From Patescibacteria group bacterium (GTDB lineage: Bacteria; Patescibacteriota; Microgenomatia; UBA8517), in NCBI GenBank assembly GCA_025999275.1, contig AP024680.1:556522-620521 (forward strand): a stretch of DNA of 64,000 bases. Direction: 5' to 3'. The notes beneath the pieces were generated by a model. That model had not been told where the DNA came from. It was given only the letters and a program-made list of their open reading frames with translations, and searched no databases. The translations under genes were made by a program, and so were the position numbers. This document shows positions 49,609 to 62,792 of this stretch, one piece after another. Numbering within the stretch: the first letter of the stretch is position 1; every line of letters begins with the position of its first letter.

Positions 49609-50820
49609 TTAAAATTGGCTAGTCAGATTATAAATCGGCAAAATAACCGCAATAACCAAAAAACCAACTCCGATCCCCAAAACTATCATTACTAAAGGCT
49701 CTATTGCAGAAGTTAAAGCTTTAACTTTTTGATCAGATTCAACTTCAAAAACATGACTAACTTTTGCTAGCACCTCGCTCATCTTACCAGTCTCCTCTCC
49801 AACAGCCACCATTTGAGAAAGAATGTAGGGAAAAGCTTCAGAATGTTTGGCAAAAGCATAAGCCAATGGAAAACCTTTTTCAACATCTTTAGAACTATCT
49901 TCAAGAGCGTCACCTATGACAGCATTGCCAGAAATTTGGGAAAGGATAGACAGAGCTTCAAGAATAGAAACTCCAGCTCCAACCAAAAGACTTAATGTTC
50001 TTGTTAACTCTGTTAGTGCTACCTGCCTTTGCAAATCACCAAAAATGGGGATCTTTAAAATCAACTCATCTATCTTTCTTCTACCGGTTTTTGTTTTCCT
50101 ATAAGTAATAAAGAAATTAAATAAAAAGGCAATAATAATAAGCATCAACCACCAAAATTTGGCAAAAAAACCAGAAACAGACATCAGAACCTTGGTTGGT
50201 CCGGGAAGATCTGCCCCAAATTCAGAATAAAGGCTTAGCATCTTGGGAATAACAAAGATCATCATTATAGCAGCCACCAAAACCATACCAATAACAACAA
50301 TTACCGGATAAATCAGCGCCCCTTTAACTTTCCCTTTAAATTCAACCTGCTTCTCCATATTATCAGACAACCTTGACAAAACATTATCCAAAACTCCTCC
50401 TGCCTCTCCAGCTTTAAGAAGAGCAATGTAGGTAGGCGAAAAAACATTAGGATATTTTCCAATCGCATTAGAAAGAGATTGACCTTCTTGGACATCAGCC
50501 AAAATTTGCGTTAGCATATCTTTCAAAGCTGCATTCTGAGCCTGATTTTTCAAAATAAGCAAGGATTCAGTGATAGGTAAACCAGCATTAACCATAGTCG
50601 CTAATTGACGAGTAAATGTGGCTACATCATCCTCTTTAATTCTATTTTTGAATTTATTTAGAATTAAGTTCAAATTATCTTCCCTTTGGCTGGATAAAGA
50701 AAGTAAAATCAAATCTTTTTCTCTTATCAAAGAGGCAGCATGTCTTTCATCATTGGCCTCAACCAATCCAGAAACAAGCTTGCCATTTCTATCTTTTGCT
50801 TTGAAGTTAAATCTCCTCAT
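49609..50820 (-). CDS. pilC: Type IV pilus platform protein PilC
   Basis: FTRQLATMVNAGLP, GEAGGVL, ALIYP, GEETG, IEP. Confidence 0.95.
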   Translation of the reverse strand: MRRFNFKAKDRNGKLVSGLVEANDERHAASLIREKDLILLSLSSQREDNLNLILNKFKNRIKEDDVATFTRQLATMVNAGLPITESLLILKNQAQNAALKDMLTQILADVQEGQSLSNAIGKYPNVFSPTYIALLKAGEAGGVLDNVLSRLSDNMEKQVEFKGKVKGALIYPVIVVIGMVLVAAIMMIFVIPKMLSLYSEFGADLPGPTKVLMSVSGFFAKFWWLMLIIIAFLFNFFITYRKTKTGRRKIDELILKIPIFGDLQRQVALTELTRTLSLLVGAGVSILEALSILSQISGNAVIGDALEDSSKDVEKGFPLAYAFAKHSEAFPYILSQMVAVGEETGKMSEVLAKVSHVFEVESDQKVKALTSAIEPLVMIVLGIGVGFLVIAVILPIYNLTSQF

Positions 50821-50825
50821 CTAAT

Positions 50826-51890
50826 TTATACTTCACCCTTAACTAGACGTAATAGTTCATCTGGCCGAAGAGAATAAGACTGTGCCACTTCAATAGAAAC
50901 TTTTCCTTCTTTAACAAGCTGTGCCAAAGACATCTCCAGAGTTGACATTCCAAATTCCTGAGAAGTCTGAATAATGTTATCCAAAAGATGTGTTTTACCC
51001 TCCCTTATCACAGATCTAACAGCTGGTGTTCCAAGCATCAACTCATAAGCAACAACGCGACCACCACCAATTGCTGGAAGCAGTCTCATAGAAAAGACAC
51101 CCTCAATAGTGTTTGAAAGTTGAAGTCTAATCTGACCTTGTTGGTTTTCAGGAAAAACATCAACAATCCTGTCTATAGTTTGGGAAGCTGAATTAGTATG
51201 CAATGTGGCAAAAACCAGATGACCAGTTTCGGCTACAGTTAGAGCTGCTGAAATGGTCTCTAGATCACGCATTTCACCAATCATCACCACGTTTGGATCT
51301 TCTCTTAACACGCTACGAAGAGCAATCTGCCAAGAATGAGTATCAAAACCAACTTCTCTTTGGGAGATTATAGACTTATCAGGTCTAATTATAAACTCTA
51401 TCGGATCTTCAATTGTTACTATATGTTCACTTCTACTCCTATTAATCTCATCAAGTATGGATGCCAAGGTTGTTGACTTACCATGACCAGTAGGTCCAGT
51501 AATTAATACAAGCCCCTGCCTTAACTTAGTAAAAGAGTGTAAAATTGTCGGCAGACCAAGCTCTTCAATTGTCAAAATCTGGCTGGGAATAACACGAAAC
51601 GAAAAAGAATAGCTGCCTTTTTGAAAATAAGCATTCACCCTAAACCTAGCAGAATCTCCTAAATAAAAAGAAAAGTCCAAATCTTTATTAACCTTAAACC
51701 TTTCAAATTGATCCGGTTTTAAAACAGTAGCAGCTACCTTTTCAACAAATTCGTTAGTTACAATCGGCTCATTGGACACAGAAAAAAGCTGGCCATCTAC
51801 TCGCAAAGACGGAGGGACTCCTACAACTAAGTGCAGATCTGAAGCTCTTTTTTCAACTGCTAGATTTAAAAGTTGGATTACATCAAGCAT
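50826..51890 (-). CDS. pilT: Retraction ATPase PilT
   Basis: ASDLHL, GPTGHGKSTT, TIEDPIE, LREDP..GEMRD, AETGHLV. Confidence 0.95.
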   Translation of the reverse strand: MLDVIQLLNLAVEKRASDLHLVVGVPPSLRVDGQLFSVSNEPIVTNEFVEKVAATVLKPDQFERFKVNKDLDFSFYLGDSARFRVNAYFQKGSYSFSFRVIPSQILTIEELGLPTILHSFTKLRQGLVLITGPTGHGKSTTLASILDEINRSRSEHIVTIEDPIEFIIRPDKSIISQREVGFDTHSWQIALRSVLREDPNVVMIGEMRDLETISAALTVAETGHLVFATLHTNSASQTIDRIVDVFPENQQGQIRLQLSNTIEGVFSMRLLPAIGGGRVVAYELMLGTPAVRSVIREGKTHLLDNIIQTSQEFGMSTLEMSLAQLVKEGKVSIEVAQSYSLRPDELLRLVKGEV

Positions 51891-51922
51891 AGGACAGTAT
51901 TTGATTTAGACTACAACAAATT

Positions 51923-53680
51923 CTAATCCTGTGCAACCCTCAAAACCTCTTCAATCGTGGTTATTCCTTCAAGAACTTTAAGATAACCATCTTGTTTCAT
52001 TGTTACCATACCTTCCTCTCGAGCCACCTTCTCTATATCACTAGCTGATTTACGTTCCAATATCAATCTACTAATTTTCTCACTTACAGGCATAACCTCA
52101 AATATACCAATACGACCATAATAGCCAGAGCCTCCACAAACTGGGTCGCCAGTTCCATGATAAAGTTTTGTTATTTCTTTGTCTTTAGGCCAAAGGGGGC
52201 CTAAAACGTTCTTCATATCTTCAATCACTTTAGGATCAGGGGCATATTCCTCTTTACAATCTTCATGAATTTTCCTGACAACCCTCTGCGCCAAAACCGC
52301 AGTCATGGAAGAGGCTAAAAGATAAGGTTCAGCACCCATATCCAAAAGTCTAGGTAAAGCCCCAGCTGCATCATTGGTATGAAGGGTAGAAAACACCAAA
52401 TGACCAGTTAAAGACGCTTGAATTGCTAAATCTGCCGTCTCTCGATCACGAATCTCTCCCACAAGAATAATATTTGGATCTTGTCTTAAAAAGGCTCTTA
52501 GACCAGAAGCAAAAGTCAAACCAGCAGCTGGGTTGACTTGAACTTGGTTAACACCCGGGATTTTATATTCAATAGGGTCTTCAAGAGTAACTATGTTGAC
52601 TTTTGGAGTATTTATTCTTGAAATTATCGAATATAAAGTGGTTGTCTTTCCAGAACCAGTGGGACCACAAATAATAATAATTCCATGTGGCCTAAGTATT
52701 GCATTTTCAAGATTTTTAAGAGCTAATCCTCTTAAACCAAGTTCTGGTAATTCCGGTACTCCACCTGTTTTTTTCAGAAGCCTCATTACCACTTTTTCCC
52801 CCCAGGCAGTAGGCAAGGTGGAAACACGCAAGTCCACATCCTCAGAAGCGCCTGCAAAATTAAACCTACCATCCTGAGGCACTCTCTTTTCATCTATTTT
52901 TAAACCTGAAAGTATCTTTATCCTTGAAACTAAAGCTTCATGCAAAGGTTTAGGAATGGTTAGTTTTTCCTGTAAAATACCATCAATTCTATAACGAACT
53001 CTTGTAGATTTTTCCTGAGGTTCGATGTGAATATCAGAAGCTCTCGCACGTACCGCAAAATCAAGAATCTGAGTAACAATCTCGGCAATTTTTTCATCTT
53101 TAATAAAACCAATCTTTGCACCAGAAAGGCCATTGGCTCCTTGTTTCAACTCTGGCTCGACATCTTTTAAAGCTTCTGTTACCTCCTTTGATAGAGAAGT
53201 GGCATAGCGGACAGTAATAAATTCGTCCAACCTGGTTTCATCACACGCGTAAGGCTTTACTCTTAGGTTAGTTTTCTGCTCAATAAACTCAATAGCAAAT
53301 AAATCAAGAGGGTTTGCCATTGCCAGATCTAAAGTTTTGGAAAGCTTGTCAATCCCAAGTGGAAAAACCTTAAACCTCTCAGCAATCTCTTTAGGTAAAA
53401 CAGCCATCGCTTCTGGAGAGGCTGGGGCGGTGGTTAAATCAACAAATGGAATATTAAATAATTTAGCCTTTGCCTTAGCAATATCGGCTGGAGATACAAC
53501 ATCCAAAGACTTAATAATTACTTCTTGATCCTTACCTGTCTCTATTTCTGCAAGTTTTATCTCTTTAGCCTTATCCTCAGTCAAAGCTCCCTGACTAACC
53601 AAGATATCAACAAGAGTAGAACCAGTTGATTGAGATTTGCCAGTTTTTGACTGATCCTGTAGCGGGGCAGTGTTGTTCAT
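51923..53680 (-). CDS. pilB: Extension ATPase PilB
   Basis: ASDIHIEP, PQDGRF, GPTGSGKTTTLY, LRQDP, LTGHLV. Confidence 0.95.
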   Translation of the reverse strand: MNNTAPLQDQSKTGKSQSTGSTLVDILVSQGALTEDKAKEIKLAEIETGKDQEVIIKSLDVVSPADIAKAKAKLFNIPFVDLTTAPASPEAMAVLPKEIAERFKVFPLGIDKLSKTLDLAMANPLDLFAIEFIEQKTNLRVKPYACDETRLDEFITVRYATSLSKEVTEALKDVEPELKQGANGLSGAKIGFIKDEKIAEIVTQILDFAVRARASDIHIEPQEKSTRVRYRIDGILQEKLTIPKPLHEALVSRIKILSGLKIDEKRVPQDGRFNFAGASEDVDLRVSTLPTAWGEKVVMRLLKKTGGVPELPELGLRGLALKNLENAILRPHGIIIICGPTGSGKTTTLYSIISRINTPKVNIVTLEDPIEYKIPGVNQVQVNPAAGLTFASGLRAFLRQDPNIILVGEIRDRETADLAIQASLTGHLVFSTLHTNDAAGALPRLLDMGAEPYLLASSMTAVLAQRVVRKIHEDCKEEYAPDPKVIEDMKNVLGPLWPKDKEITKLYHGTGDPVCGGSGYYGRIGIFEVMPVSEKISRLILERKSASDIEKVAREEGMVTMKQDGYLKVLEGITTIEEVLRVAQD

Positions 53681-53711
53681 TAGTATTTAATTTAAACTAT
53701 TTTCAACAAAC

Positions 53712-53990
53712 TAGCAAGGGGAAAGAATCAAGATTTATGAATTATGGATTAAGGGATAGAAATTATGGGGAAATAATCCAAAAGTTAAAATTCAAAAGTT
53801 TACTTAGATAATTAAATAATTTTAAATTTTGAATTGTATTTTTGAATTTTGCCTTTTGACTTTTAAGTTAATTTTTTTAGATATTAGAGTTTGAGATTTG
53901 AAAAGTTTATATAACTTTTAATTTTTAACTTTGAATTTTGAATTATTTTCCCATGCCCCATCCTCCATTATTCATTATTCATTTCCTATT
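53712..53990. repeat. Modular 7-mer repeat element R4 with inverted ends
   Basis: Left GAATTATGG..TATGGGGAAATAAT..AAAGTTAAAATTCAAAAG; right TTTGAATTTTGAATTATTTTCCCAT..CATTATTCATTATTC. Confidence 0.8.
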
Positions 53991-54004
53991 GCTATAATCC
54001 AAGT

Positions 54005-54613
54005 ATGAATTCTTTTTTAATTGTCTCAAAAGACGAGGAAAAAATAGAAGAAAAAATAGAAGAAATCACTAAAACAAATAGCGCCATTAAATCAAATTTC
54101 AGCCTAAAAAAAATTAATGACGCAAGAGAACTAAAACAACTAACCAAACTTTCTCACAATCAAAAGCTTGCCATCATTATAAGAAACATAGAAGAAGCCT
54201 CCACCCCAGCCTTAAATGCAATTCTTAAAAATATAGAGGAACCAAATCAAAACATCATTTTCATACTAACAACTAAAAATATAAAATCTGTTTTACCCAC
54301 AGTAGTCTCAAGATGCCAAATTATCAAATTAAAATCAGAGGAAAAGATAGATGCCAAAATAGCCTCTAAATACTTAGAATTTCTAAATCTCAAAAAAGGC
54401 TCACAACTTCTCTTCATTAACAAGATACAGAAAAGAGAAGATGCATTAAAATTCCTCAAGGAACTCATTCTGACATGCCAAGAAAACATTCATCAAGAAG
54501 AAAATCGTGAGAAAATCGCCAATTGTCTTATCCAAGCACATCAAGCCATTTTAGCCATAAAGGCTAATGGCAATGTCAAACTACAGTTGACAAGAATGGT
54601 GATCAACATCTAG
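54005..54613 (+). CDS. holB: DNA polymerase III delta' subunit-like (short)
   Basis: ALNAILKNIEEP..FIL..LPTVVSRCQ. Confidence 0.8.
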   Translation: MNSFLIVSKDEEKIEEKIEEITKTNSAIKSNFSLKKINDARELKQLTKLSHNQKLAIIIRNIEEASTPALNAILKNIEEPNQNIIFILTTKNIKSVLPTVVSRCQIIKLKSEEKIDAKIASKYLEFLNLKKGSQLLFINKIQKREDALKFLKELILTCQENIHQEENREKIANCLIQAHQAILAIKANGNVKLQLTRMVINI

Positions 54614-54653
54614 GATTACTACTGTCAAAAAACTTAACTTAGAAGCAATTTAA

Positions 54654-56624
<1,971 letters not shown>

Positions 56625-56707
56625 CCAAAATAGTTATTGACAAGACAAAGAAGACTTCCATAAAATAAAACACAACTCGGCTAACGAGTTGATTTTTTTA
56701 TTAAAAA

Positions 56708-58948
56708 ATGAATGACCTTTCTCTAATCGAAAGAGGAATGCTAGCTGCTGTTTTAGGAGTAGCTGTCATAAGCTTGGCATATGCTTTCTGGATTTGGAAA
56801 AATGTAACCTCCTTTCCAAAAGGATCAGAAAAGATGCAGTCAATATGGAAGGCAATTAAGCTGGGAGCAGAAGGTTACCTTAGAAAACAACTCAGAACTA
56901 TCATCATAGCCATAATAGTATTAACAACACTACTATTTCTTAGTGTTTATATAGTCCCTCCCTCAAAAGAGGCCGTGGCTATGTTTGGTGAATCTGCTGT
57001 CATTGTAGTGGCAATAGGAAGAGCAATTGCATTTATAATAGGCGCTTTATTTTCAACCATTGTTGGCCAACTGGGTATGAGGGTAGCAATTGAAGGCAAT
57101 ATTAGAGTTACTAACCAAGCAGTTAAAGGAAGTTATAACAAAGCTTTAACGGTGGCATATCGGTCCGGCACTTTTACAGGAATGTTAACTGACGGCTTGG
57201 GTTTATTGGGAGGTACTTTGATTTTTATAATCTTTGGCAAAGCAGCCCCTGATGCTCTTTTGGGTTTTGGTTTTGGAGGTACACTTGTAGCTTTATTTAT
57301 GAGAATTGGGGGTGGAATTTACACCAAAGCAGCAGATGTTGGAGCTGACCTTGTCGGGAAAGTAGAAAAAGATCTACCAGAAGACGATCCTAGAAATGCA
57401 GGTGTAATAGCCGACTTGGTAGGGGATAATGTTGGAGACTGTGCCGGAATGGCTGCTGATGTCTTTGAATCATATGAAGTTACTATTGTTTCTGCCCTAA
57501 TTCTGGGGCTGGTTTTGGTCCATCTAACAGGAAATAACTTCTGGATAATATATCCTTTGGTAGTAAGAGCAATAGGAGTTCTCTCGTCTATAATTGGCAC
57601 TCTTGCAGTTCCGGTATGGGAAAGGGTAAAAGTTAAATTTATCAAGGCTAAAGATGCCGAAGAAGCCATGTTTAGATCATACGAGCTCTCAAGCCTAATT
57701 ACTGTCTTCGGATCTCTAGCTTTTGCAATGTTCTACACAGGAGAATGGAAATTAGCTTTATTAAACACTATTGGGGTCTTACTAGCAGTCTTCTTCAATC
57801 CATTGACTTCCTACTTCACTTCCTACAACAAAAAGCCTGTCTTGGAAATAGCAAATTCCACTAAAACCGGTACCGCAACAACAATTCTTTCCGGACTTGG
57901 CGTAGGAATGGAAGCAAGTGTTTTCAGTATCATTGCCATTGCTCTTGCAATTGCCTCAAGTGTGGTAATTTATGCAGGACATGATCCAATATACATGCTC
58001 TACGGAGTAGCAATGATTGGTATTGGTATGCTTTCGCTAACCGGCAACAATGTTGCCATGGATTCATTTGGCCCAATTGCTGACAATGCCAACGGAATCG
58101 GAGAAATGGCGGGTGTTAGCAAAAAAGCTTGGAAGATAATGGCTGATCTGGATGCTGTAGGAAACACCACCAAAGCTATAACCAAACAAGTAGCAATAGC
58201 ATCAGCTGTCATTGCTGCAACCAGCTTGTTTTTCTCTTACGTAACCGATGTTGGTATAGTACAAGCAAGGTTGGGATTTGAACCAATCAAATCAATCCGT
58301 ATTTCAACCCTAGAAGGAATCATTGGCTTTTTATTGGGTGGAGCTCTACCTTTCCTTTTCTCTGCTTATTCAATTAAAGCCGTAGCAAAAGCCGCCAACA
58401 AAGTTGTAGAAGAAGTAAGAAAACAATTTGCCATTAAAGGAGTGTTGGAAGGCAAAAAGACTCCCGAATACGACAAAGTAGTTGCCATCACAACCGCTGC
58501 CGCTCAAAAAGAGCTGTTGACCTTGGTGGCTATATCTGTATCGCTACCACTGTTTGTAGGAGCAATATTTCAAGTTGAAGCTCTTGGAGCATTTTTGGCA
58601 GGAGTAATATTGGTTGGTCAACTCATGGCCGTATTTATGGCTATTGCTGGAGGAGCGCTCGATAACACCAAAAAATTTATTGAGGATGGAAATCTAGGAG
58701 GAAAAGGCTCTTTTTCTCACAAAGCAAGTGTTGAGGGCGACACAGTAGGAGATCCTCTAAAAGATACCGCTGGCCCTGCATTAAACCCAATGATCAAAGT
58801 GGTCAATTTAGTAAGCTTGATCGCAGCCCCAGTTATTGTACAATATAAAAACAAAAATGAACTTTTGGTGTTCGGGTTAATAATGATTTTTATACTAGCT
58901 TGGGCTATCTCCAAAACCCACAAAGAATCGCAAACAACAATAGGTTAA
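56708..58948 (+). CDS. hppA: Membrane-integral pyrophosphatase, K+-independent H+-PPase type
   Basis: GGGIYTKAADVGADLVGKVE, EDDPRN, DNVGD, GNTTKA, GDTVGDPLKDTAGP. Confidence 0.95.
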   Translation: MNDLSLIERGMLAAVLGVAVISLAYAFWIWKNVTSFPKGSEKMQSIWKAIKLGAEGYLRKQLRTIIIAIIVLTTLLFLSVYIVPPSKEAVAMFGESAVIVVAIGRAIAFIIGALFSTIVGQLGMRVAIEGNIRVTNQAVKGSYNKALTVAYRSGTFTGMLTDGLGLLGGTLIFIIFGKAAPDALLGFGFGGTLVALFMRIGGGIYTKAADVGADLVGKVEKDLPEDDPRNAGVIADLVGDNVGDCAGMAADVFESYEVTIVSALILGLVLVHLTGNNFWIIYPLVVRAIGVLSSIIGTLAVPVWERVKVKFIKAKDAEEAMFRSYELSSLITVFGSLAFAMFYTGEWKLALLNTIGVLLAVFFNPLTSYFTSYNKKPVLEIANSTKTGTATTILSGLGVGMEASVFSIIAIALAIASSVVIYAGHDPIYMLYGVAMIGIGMLSLTGNNVAMDSFGPIADNANGIGEMAGVSKKAWKIMADLDAVGNTTKAITKQVAIASAVIAATSLFFSYVTDVGIVQARLGFEPIKSIRISTLEGIIGFLLGGALPFLFSAYSIKAVAKAANKVVEEVRKQFAIKGVLEGKKTPEYDKVVAITTAAAQKELLTLVAISVSLPLFVGAIFQVEALGAFLAGVILVGQLMAVFMAIAGGALDNTKKFIEDGNLGGKGSFSHKASVEGDTVGDPLKDTAGPALNPMIKVVNLVSLIAAPVIVQYKNKNELLVFGLIMIFILAWAISKTHKESQTTIG

Positions 58949-58949
58949 T

Positions 58950-59726
58950 TTATCTTGTACAAAATATACTACCAACTTTTGATATCTCACTCAAAGTTGT
59001 TTTATCTGAATAAAACAAACTTGCCGTACCACCGTCAAGATTAATTGCATCAGCAATTCCCAAATTAAAATCATTGGTAATTTTCTCTATTAAGGCAGGA
59101 AGCTCCTCAAGTGTTGGCCCTTCTAATAGATTATTAATCCCCCAGAAAACCAAAAACACCACTTTGTTCTCACCAGTAACAGCAACTACAACCCTTCTCT
59201 CATGATTATAATTACTTCTGATGTTAACAACGCTCCCATTTTCAAATAGCAAAGGACCGCTTTGAACAGCAATTCTTAAAGAATCTCTTGGCTTTTCTCT
59301 GGTGATTCTAGGAGTATCAAATATGTTAACCGAGAAAATTCCGTTAAAAAGCTGGTTTTTGCGCCAAGGAGAAATTTCTCCATATTCACTAATAAAAAGA
59401 CCTATTGGCCTGAAATTCTCATCATAAAATCCACCATTAATTACATTCTTGCAGCTAAATTTCTCCTTAAGATACTCACCTTTATCGCCTGATGAAAAAT
59501 TTGGGAAGAGAAATAATTTTTCGGGATCAGCTAGAAAATAATCAAAAAAATATTCACTTGAGTCAATCTTAACCTTTAGGGCAGGGGACTCTTCCTTTAA
59601 ACCTAGAATTTTATCTTCCTTATCATCATTCCCTACAACAGGAGATTTAAAAAACACTTTATTGCCAAAATATAAAGCAGTAAAAGCAAATAATAGCAAC
59701 AAAAATAAGAAATATACTTTCTTCAT
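58950..59726 (-). CDS. Phosphodiester glycosidase (NAGPA) family protein
   Basis: INGGFY, QSGPLL, ERR, AINLDGG; N-terminal TM. Confidence 0.85.
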   Translation of the reverse strand: MKKVYFLFLLLLFAFTALYFGNKVFFKSPVVGNDDKEDKILGLKEESPALKVKIDSSEYFFDYFLADPEKLFLFPNFSSGDKGEYLKEKFSCKNVINGGFYDENFRPIGLFISEYGEISPWRKNQLFNGIFSVNIFDTPRITREKPRDSLRIAVQSGPLLFENGSVVNIRSNYNHERRVVVAVTGENKVVFLVFWGINNLLEGPTLEELPALIEKITNDFNLGIADAINLDGGTASLFYSDKTTLSEISKVGSIFCTR

Positions 59727-59744
59727 TTTAGGACATAATACCAT

Positions 59745-60085
59745 AACTAGAAGGGGAGTGGTAACGAATTATGGGAACATAATTCAAAAGTTAAAAGTCA
59801 AAAGCCCAAACTACAAGCTAAAAGTCAAAAGTTTTTCTCCTAAATAATTTTAAATTTTGAATTGTTGGCCCAAGGCTAACCAGCCTAGGGCTGGTACTTT
59901 TTAATTTTGATTTTTGAATTTTGAATTATTTTCTCATACCCCTTAATTCATTATTCATAATTCTTAACTATTACTATCGTATCCGTGTACTAGTCTACGG
60001 AACCGGTTATCACTTCTCTTAAATCTTAAATCCATATTCCTCTCCCTTACTACTTTCTACATCCTACTTGCTACTATTTCCCCCT
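59745..60085. repeat. Modular 7-mer repeat element R5 with inverted ends
   Basis: Right half is a reverse complement of R1/R2; shares 25 nt with R4. Confidence 0.85.
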
Positions 60086-60158
60086 TTTACCCCTTGCTTT
60101 ATATAGGCTCGGTGGATAAAATTAATAAGGCTGTCATAAGCCTTTATTTTTTGCCAAA

Positions 60159-62792
60159 ATGGATATAGGAAAAGTCAAAACAGTCGAAATAACCTCCGAA
60201 CTCTCAAAAAGTTACCTTGACTATGCAATGAGCGTCATAGTCGCCCGCGCACTTCCTGACATCAGAGACGGCTTCAAACCAGTTCACCGAAGGATTCTTT
60301 ATGCGATGTATTTAATGGGCCTTGAACCAGGAAAACAATTCTCAAAATCAGCTAAAGTCGTCGGAGAAGTCTTGGGTAAATATCATCCTCACGGAGATAT
60401 GGCCGTCTACGACGCTTTAGTAAGGTTGGCACAAGATTTCTCTATGCGATATCCACTCGTTGAAGGTCAGGGAAATTTTGGCTCTGTTGATGGCGACCCG
60501 CCAGCAGCAATGCGCTACACAGAAGTACGACTTTCCAAATATGCTCCTTATATGCTTGCAGATATTGATAAGGATACTGTTGATTTTGTTGACAATTTTG
60601 ACGCCACACTAAAAGAGCCGGTGTTTTTGCCCGCACTTCTTCCAAACCTACTGTTAATGGGTTCTGAAGGAATAGCTGTTGGTATGGCTACTAGAATTCC
60701 ACCCCACAATCTAAAAGAAGTAGCAGACGGAATTATTCAAACCATAAAGAAAGGAAGAGTTGTTTTATTAAACGAAGAAAAGCAAAAGGAAGAAACCGAA
60801 TTTGTCATCAAAAAAATAAATCTTGTTGCCTCTGGAGAAGCTCAAAAATTAGAAGAAAAAGAGGTAACTCCGCAAAATTTAAGCTTTGAAAGCGATATTA
60901 CAATTGATGAGTTAATTCAAATTATCCCCGGTCCTGATTTTCCCACAGGAGGAGCAATATACAACGCCCAAAACCTAAGAGAGGTTTATGCAACAGGAAA
61001 GGGTAAAATAATAGTCCGAGGAATTGCTGAAATTAAGGAAGAAAAAGGCAAACCACAAATTGTAATCACCGAAATTCCATATCAGGTAAATAAAGCTCAG
61101 CTTGTCAAAGCAATAGCTGATCTTGTCAAAGACAAAAAAATAAATGGTATAGCCAACCTTAGAGATGAATCTGACAAAGAAGGTTTACGTGTTGTAATCG
61201 ATCTTAAAAGAGATGCCAAACCCAAGGCAGTCTTAAACAACCTCTACAAACACACCAAACTGCAAACTACATTTCCAGCCAATTTTGTTGCCTTAATTGA
61301 CGGCACACCACATTTGGTCAACCTAAAGCAAATCTTGGTCGAATATATTAAGCACAGACAAAAAGTAGTTACCCGAAGAACTATTTTTGAGTTAACCTCA
61401 GCCAAGAAAAGAGCCCACATATTAGAAGGTTTGAAAATTGCACTTGATAACCTTGATGAAGTTATAAAAACTATCCGCAATTCAAAAACACAAGAAGACG
61501 CCAAGAATAACTTAATGCAAAAATTTGGTCTAACCTCAATTCAGGCCAACGCAATTCTTGATATGCAGTTAAGACGCTTGGCAGCCCTTGAGAGAGAAAA
61601 GATTGAAAAAGAGTATGAAGAAATCAAAAAATTAATTGATGAGCTTACAGCAATCCTAAAAGATCCACAAAAAGTATTAGATATCATACTTAAAGAAACT
61701 CAAGAACTAAAAGAAAAACTTCAAGATGAAAGAAGAACTAAAATCTTCAAGCAAGATATAGGCGAATTCAAAGAGGAAGACTTAATCCCCTTAGAAGAAA
61801 ATTTGATTACTATCACCAAAACCGGATATATCAAAAGGGTTCCAAGAAACACATTTAAAGCGCAAAGAAGAGGGGGAAAAGGAATAAGCGGCATGACTGT
61901 AAAAGAAGAAGACGAGATTGAGCATATTATTGCTGCTACTACCCACGACAATCTATTATTCTTCACCAACAAGGGTAAGGTTTATGGCGCCAAAGTTTGG
62001 GAAATACCTGAATCTTCAAGAACAAGCAAAGGCCAAGCTATTGTCAATATATTAAATATAGAACAGGGAGAAAGAATAATGTCTATTCTACCTGTCAAAG
62101 AAGGGCAGGGAAAATACTTCGTGATGTCCACCAAAAAAGGAGTTGTAAAAAAGACCGAAATATCGGCATTTAAAAATATGAGAGCCTCAGGAATTATAGC
62201 CATTAGACTTGACCAAAACGACACTTTGGTTTCTGTTGACAAGACCTCAGGAGAAGACAACATCCTGCTTGTAACCAAAAAAGGAATGTCAATCAGATTT
62301 TCAGAAAAAGATATCCGGCCAATGGGCAGACCAACTTCAGGCATAAGGGGAATTAAGATCTCAAGTGACGACGAGGTGATTGGAATGGATGTCTTCAATC
62401 CAAAAGCTCCTGAAATTACAGATAAAAGAAGAAAAATATTCAGAGATATCCTAACAGTCTCAGAAAATGGAATTGGCAAAAGGACACCCATTGACCTTTT
62501 CCCTCTTCAAAAAAGAGCGGGGAAAGGTGTAAAAGCAGCCGTAATAACGCCCAAAACTGGCAATTTATCTGCTGTTACCACTGTAACTGAAAAAGTGGAT
62601 CAGGTGGTTATCACCTCAGCTTCAGGCCAGGTAATTAAACTTCCCCTCAAGAACATTCCTCAAATGGGAAGAGCCACTCAAGGAGTAATTTTAATGAGAT
62701 TTGCCAAAAAAGATGATAGTGTTGCCGGCGTAGCTACTTTAGAAAAAGATCTCACTGAAGAAGAAGAAAAAGAACAAAATAATTCTAATTAA
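60159..62792 (+). CDS. gyrA: DNA gyrase subunit A
   Basis: [23 protein letters not shown], GyrA-box QRRGGKG. Confidence 0.98.
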   Translation: MDIGKVKTVEITSELSKSYLDYAMSVIVARALPDIRDGFKPVHRRILYAMYLMGLEPGKQFSKSAKVVGEVLGKYHPHGDMAVYDALVRLAQDFSMRYPLVEGQGNFGSVDGDPPAAMRYTEVRLSKYAPYMLADIDKDTVDFVDNFDATLKEPVFLPALLPNLLLMGSEGIAVGMATRIPPHNLKEVADGIIQTIKKGRVVLLNEEKQKEETEFVIKKINLVASGEAQKLEEKEVTPQNLSFESDITIDELIQIIPGPDFPTGGAIYNAQNLREVYATGKGKIIVRGIAEIKEEKGKPQIVITEIPYQVNKAQLVKAIADLVKDKKINGIANLRDESDKEGLRVVIDLKRDAKPKAVLNNLYKHTKLQTTFPANFVALIDGTPHLVNLKQILVEYIKHRQKVVTRRTIFELTSAKKRAHILEGLKIALDNLDEVIKTIRNSKTQEDAKNNLMQKFGLTSIQANAILDMQLRRLAALEREKIEKEYEEIKKLIDELTAILKDPQKVLDIILKETQELKEKLQDERRTKIFKQDIGEFKEEDLIPLEENLITITKTGYIKRVPRNTFKAQRRGGKGISGMTVKEEDEIEHIIAATTHDNLLFFTNKGKVYGAKVWEIPESSRTSKGQAIVNILNIEQGERIMSILPVKEGQGKYFVMSTKKGVVKKTEISAFKNMRASGIIAIRLDQNDTLVSVDKTSGEDNILLVTKKGMSIRFSEKDIRPMGRPTSGIRGIKISSDDEVIGMDVFNPKAPEITDKRRKIFRDILTVSENGIGKRTPIDLFPLQKRAGKGVKAAVITPKTGNLSAVTTVTEKVDQVVITSASGQVIKLPLKNIPQMGRATQGVILMRFAKKDDSVAGVATLEKDLTEEEEKEQNNSN

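Noticed and set aside
53626-53811. Short ORFs across repeat tracts (also 59662-59847)
   Set aside because: Low-complexity translations of the 7-mer elements that overlap real genes.
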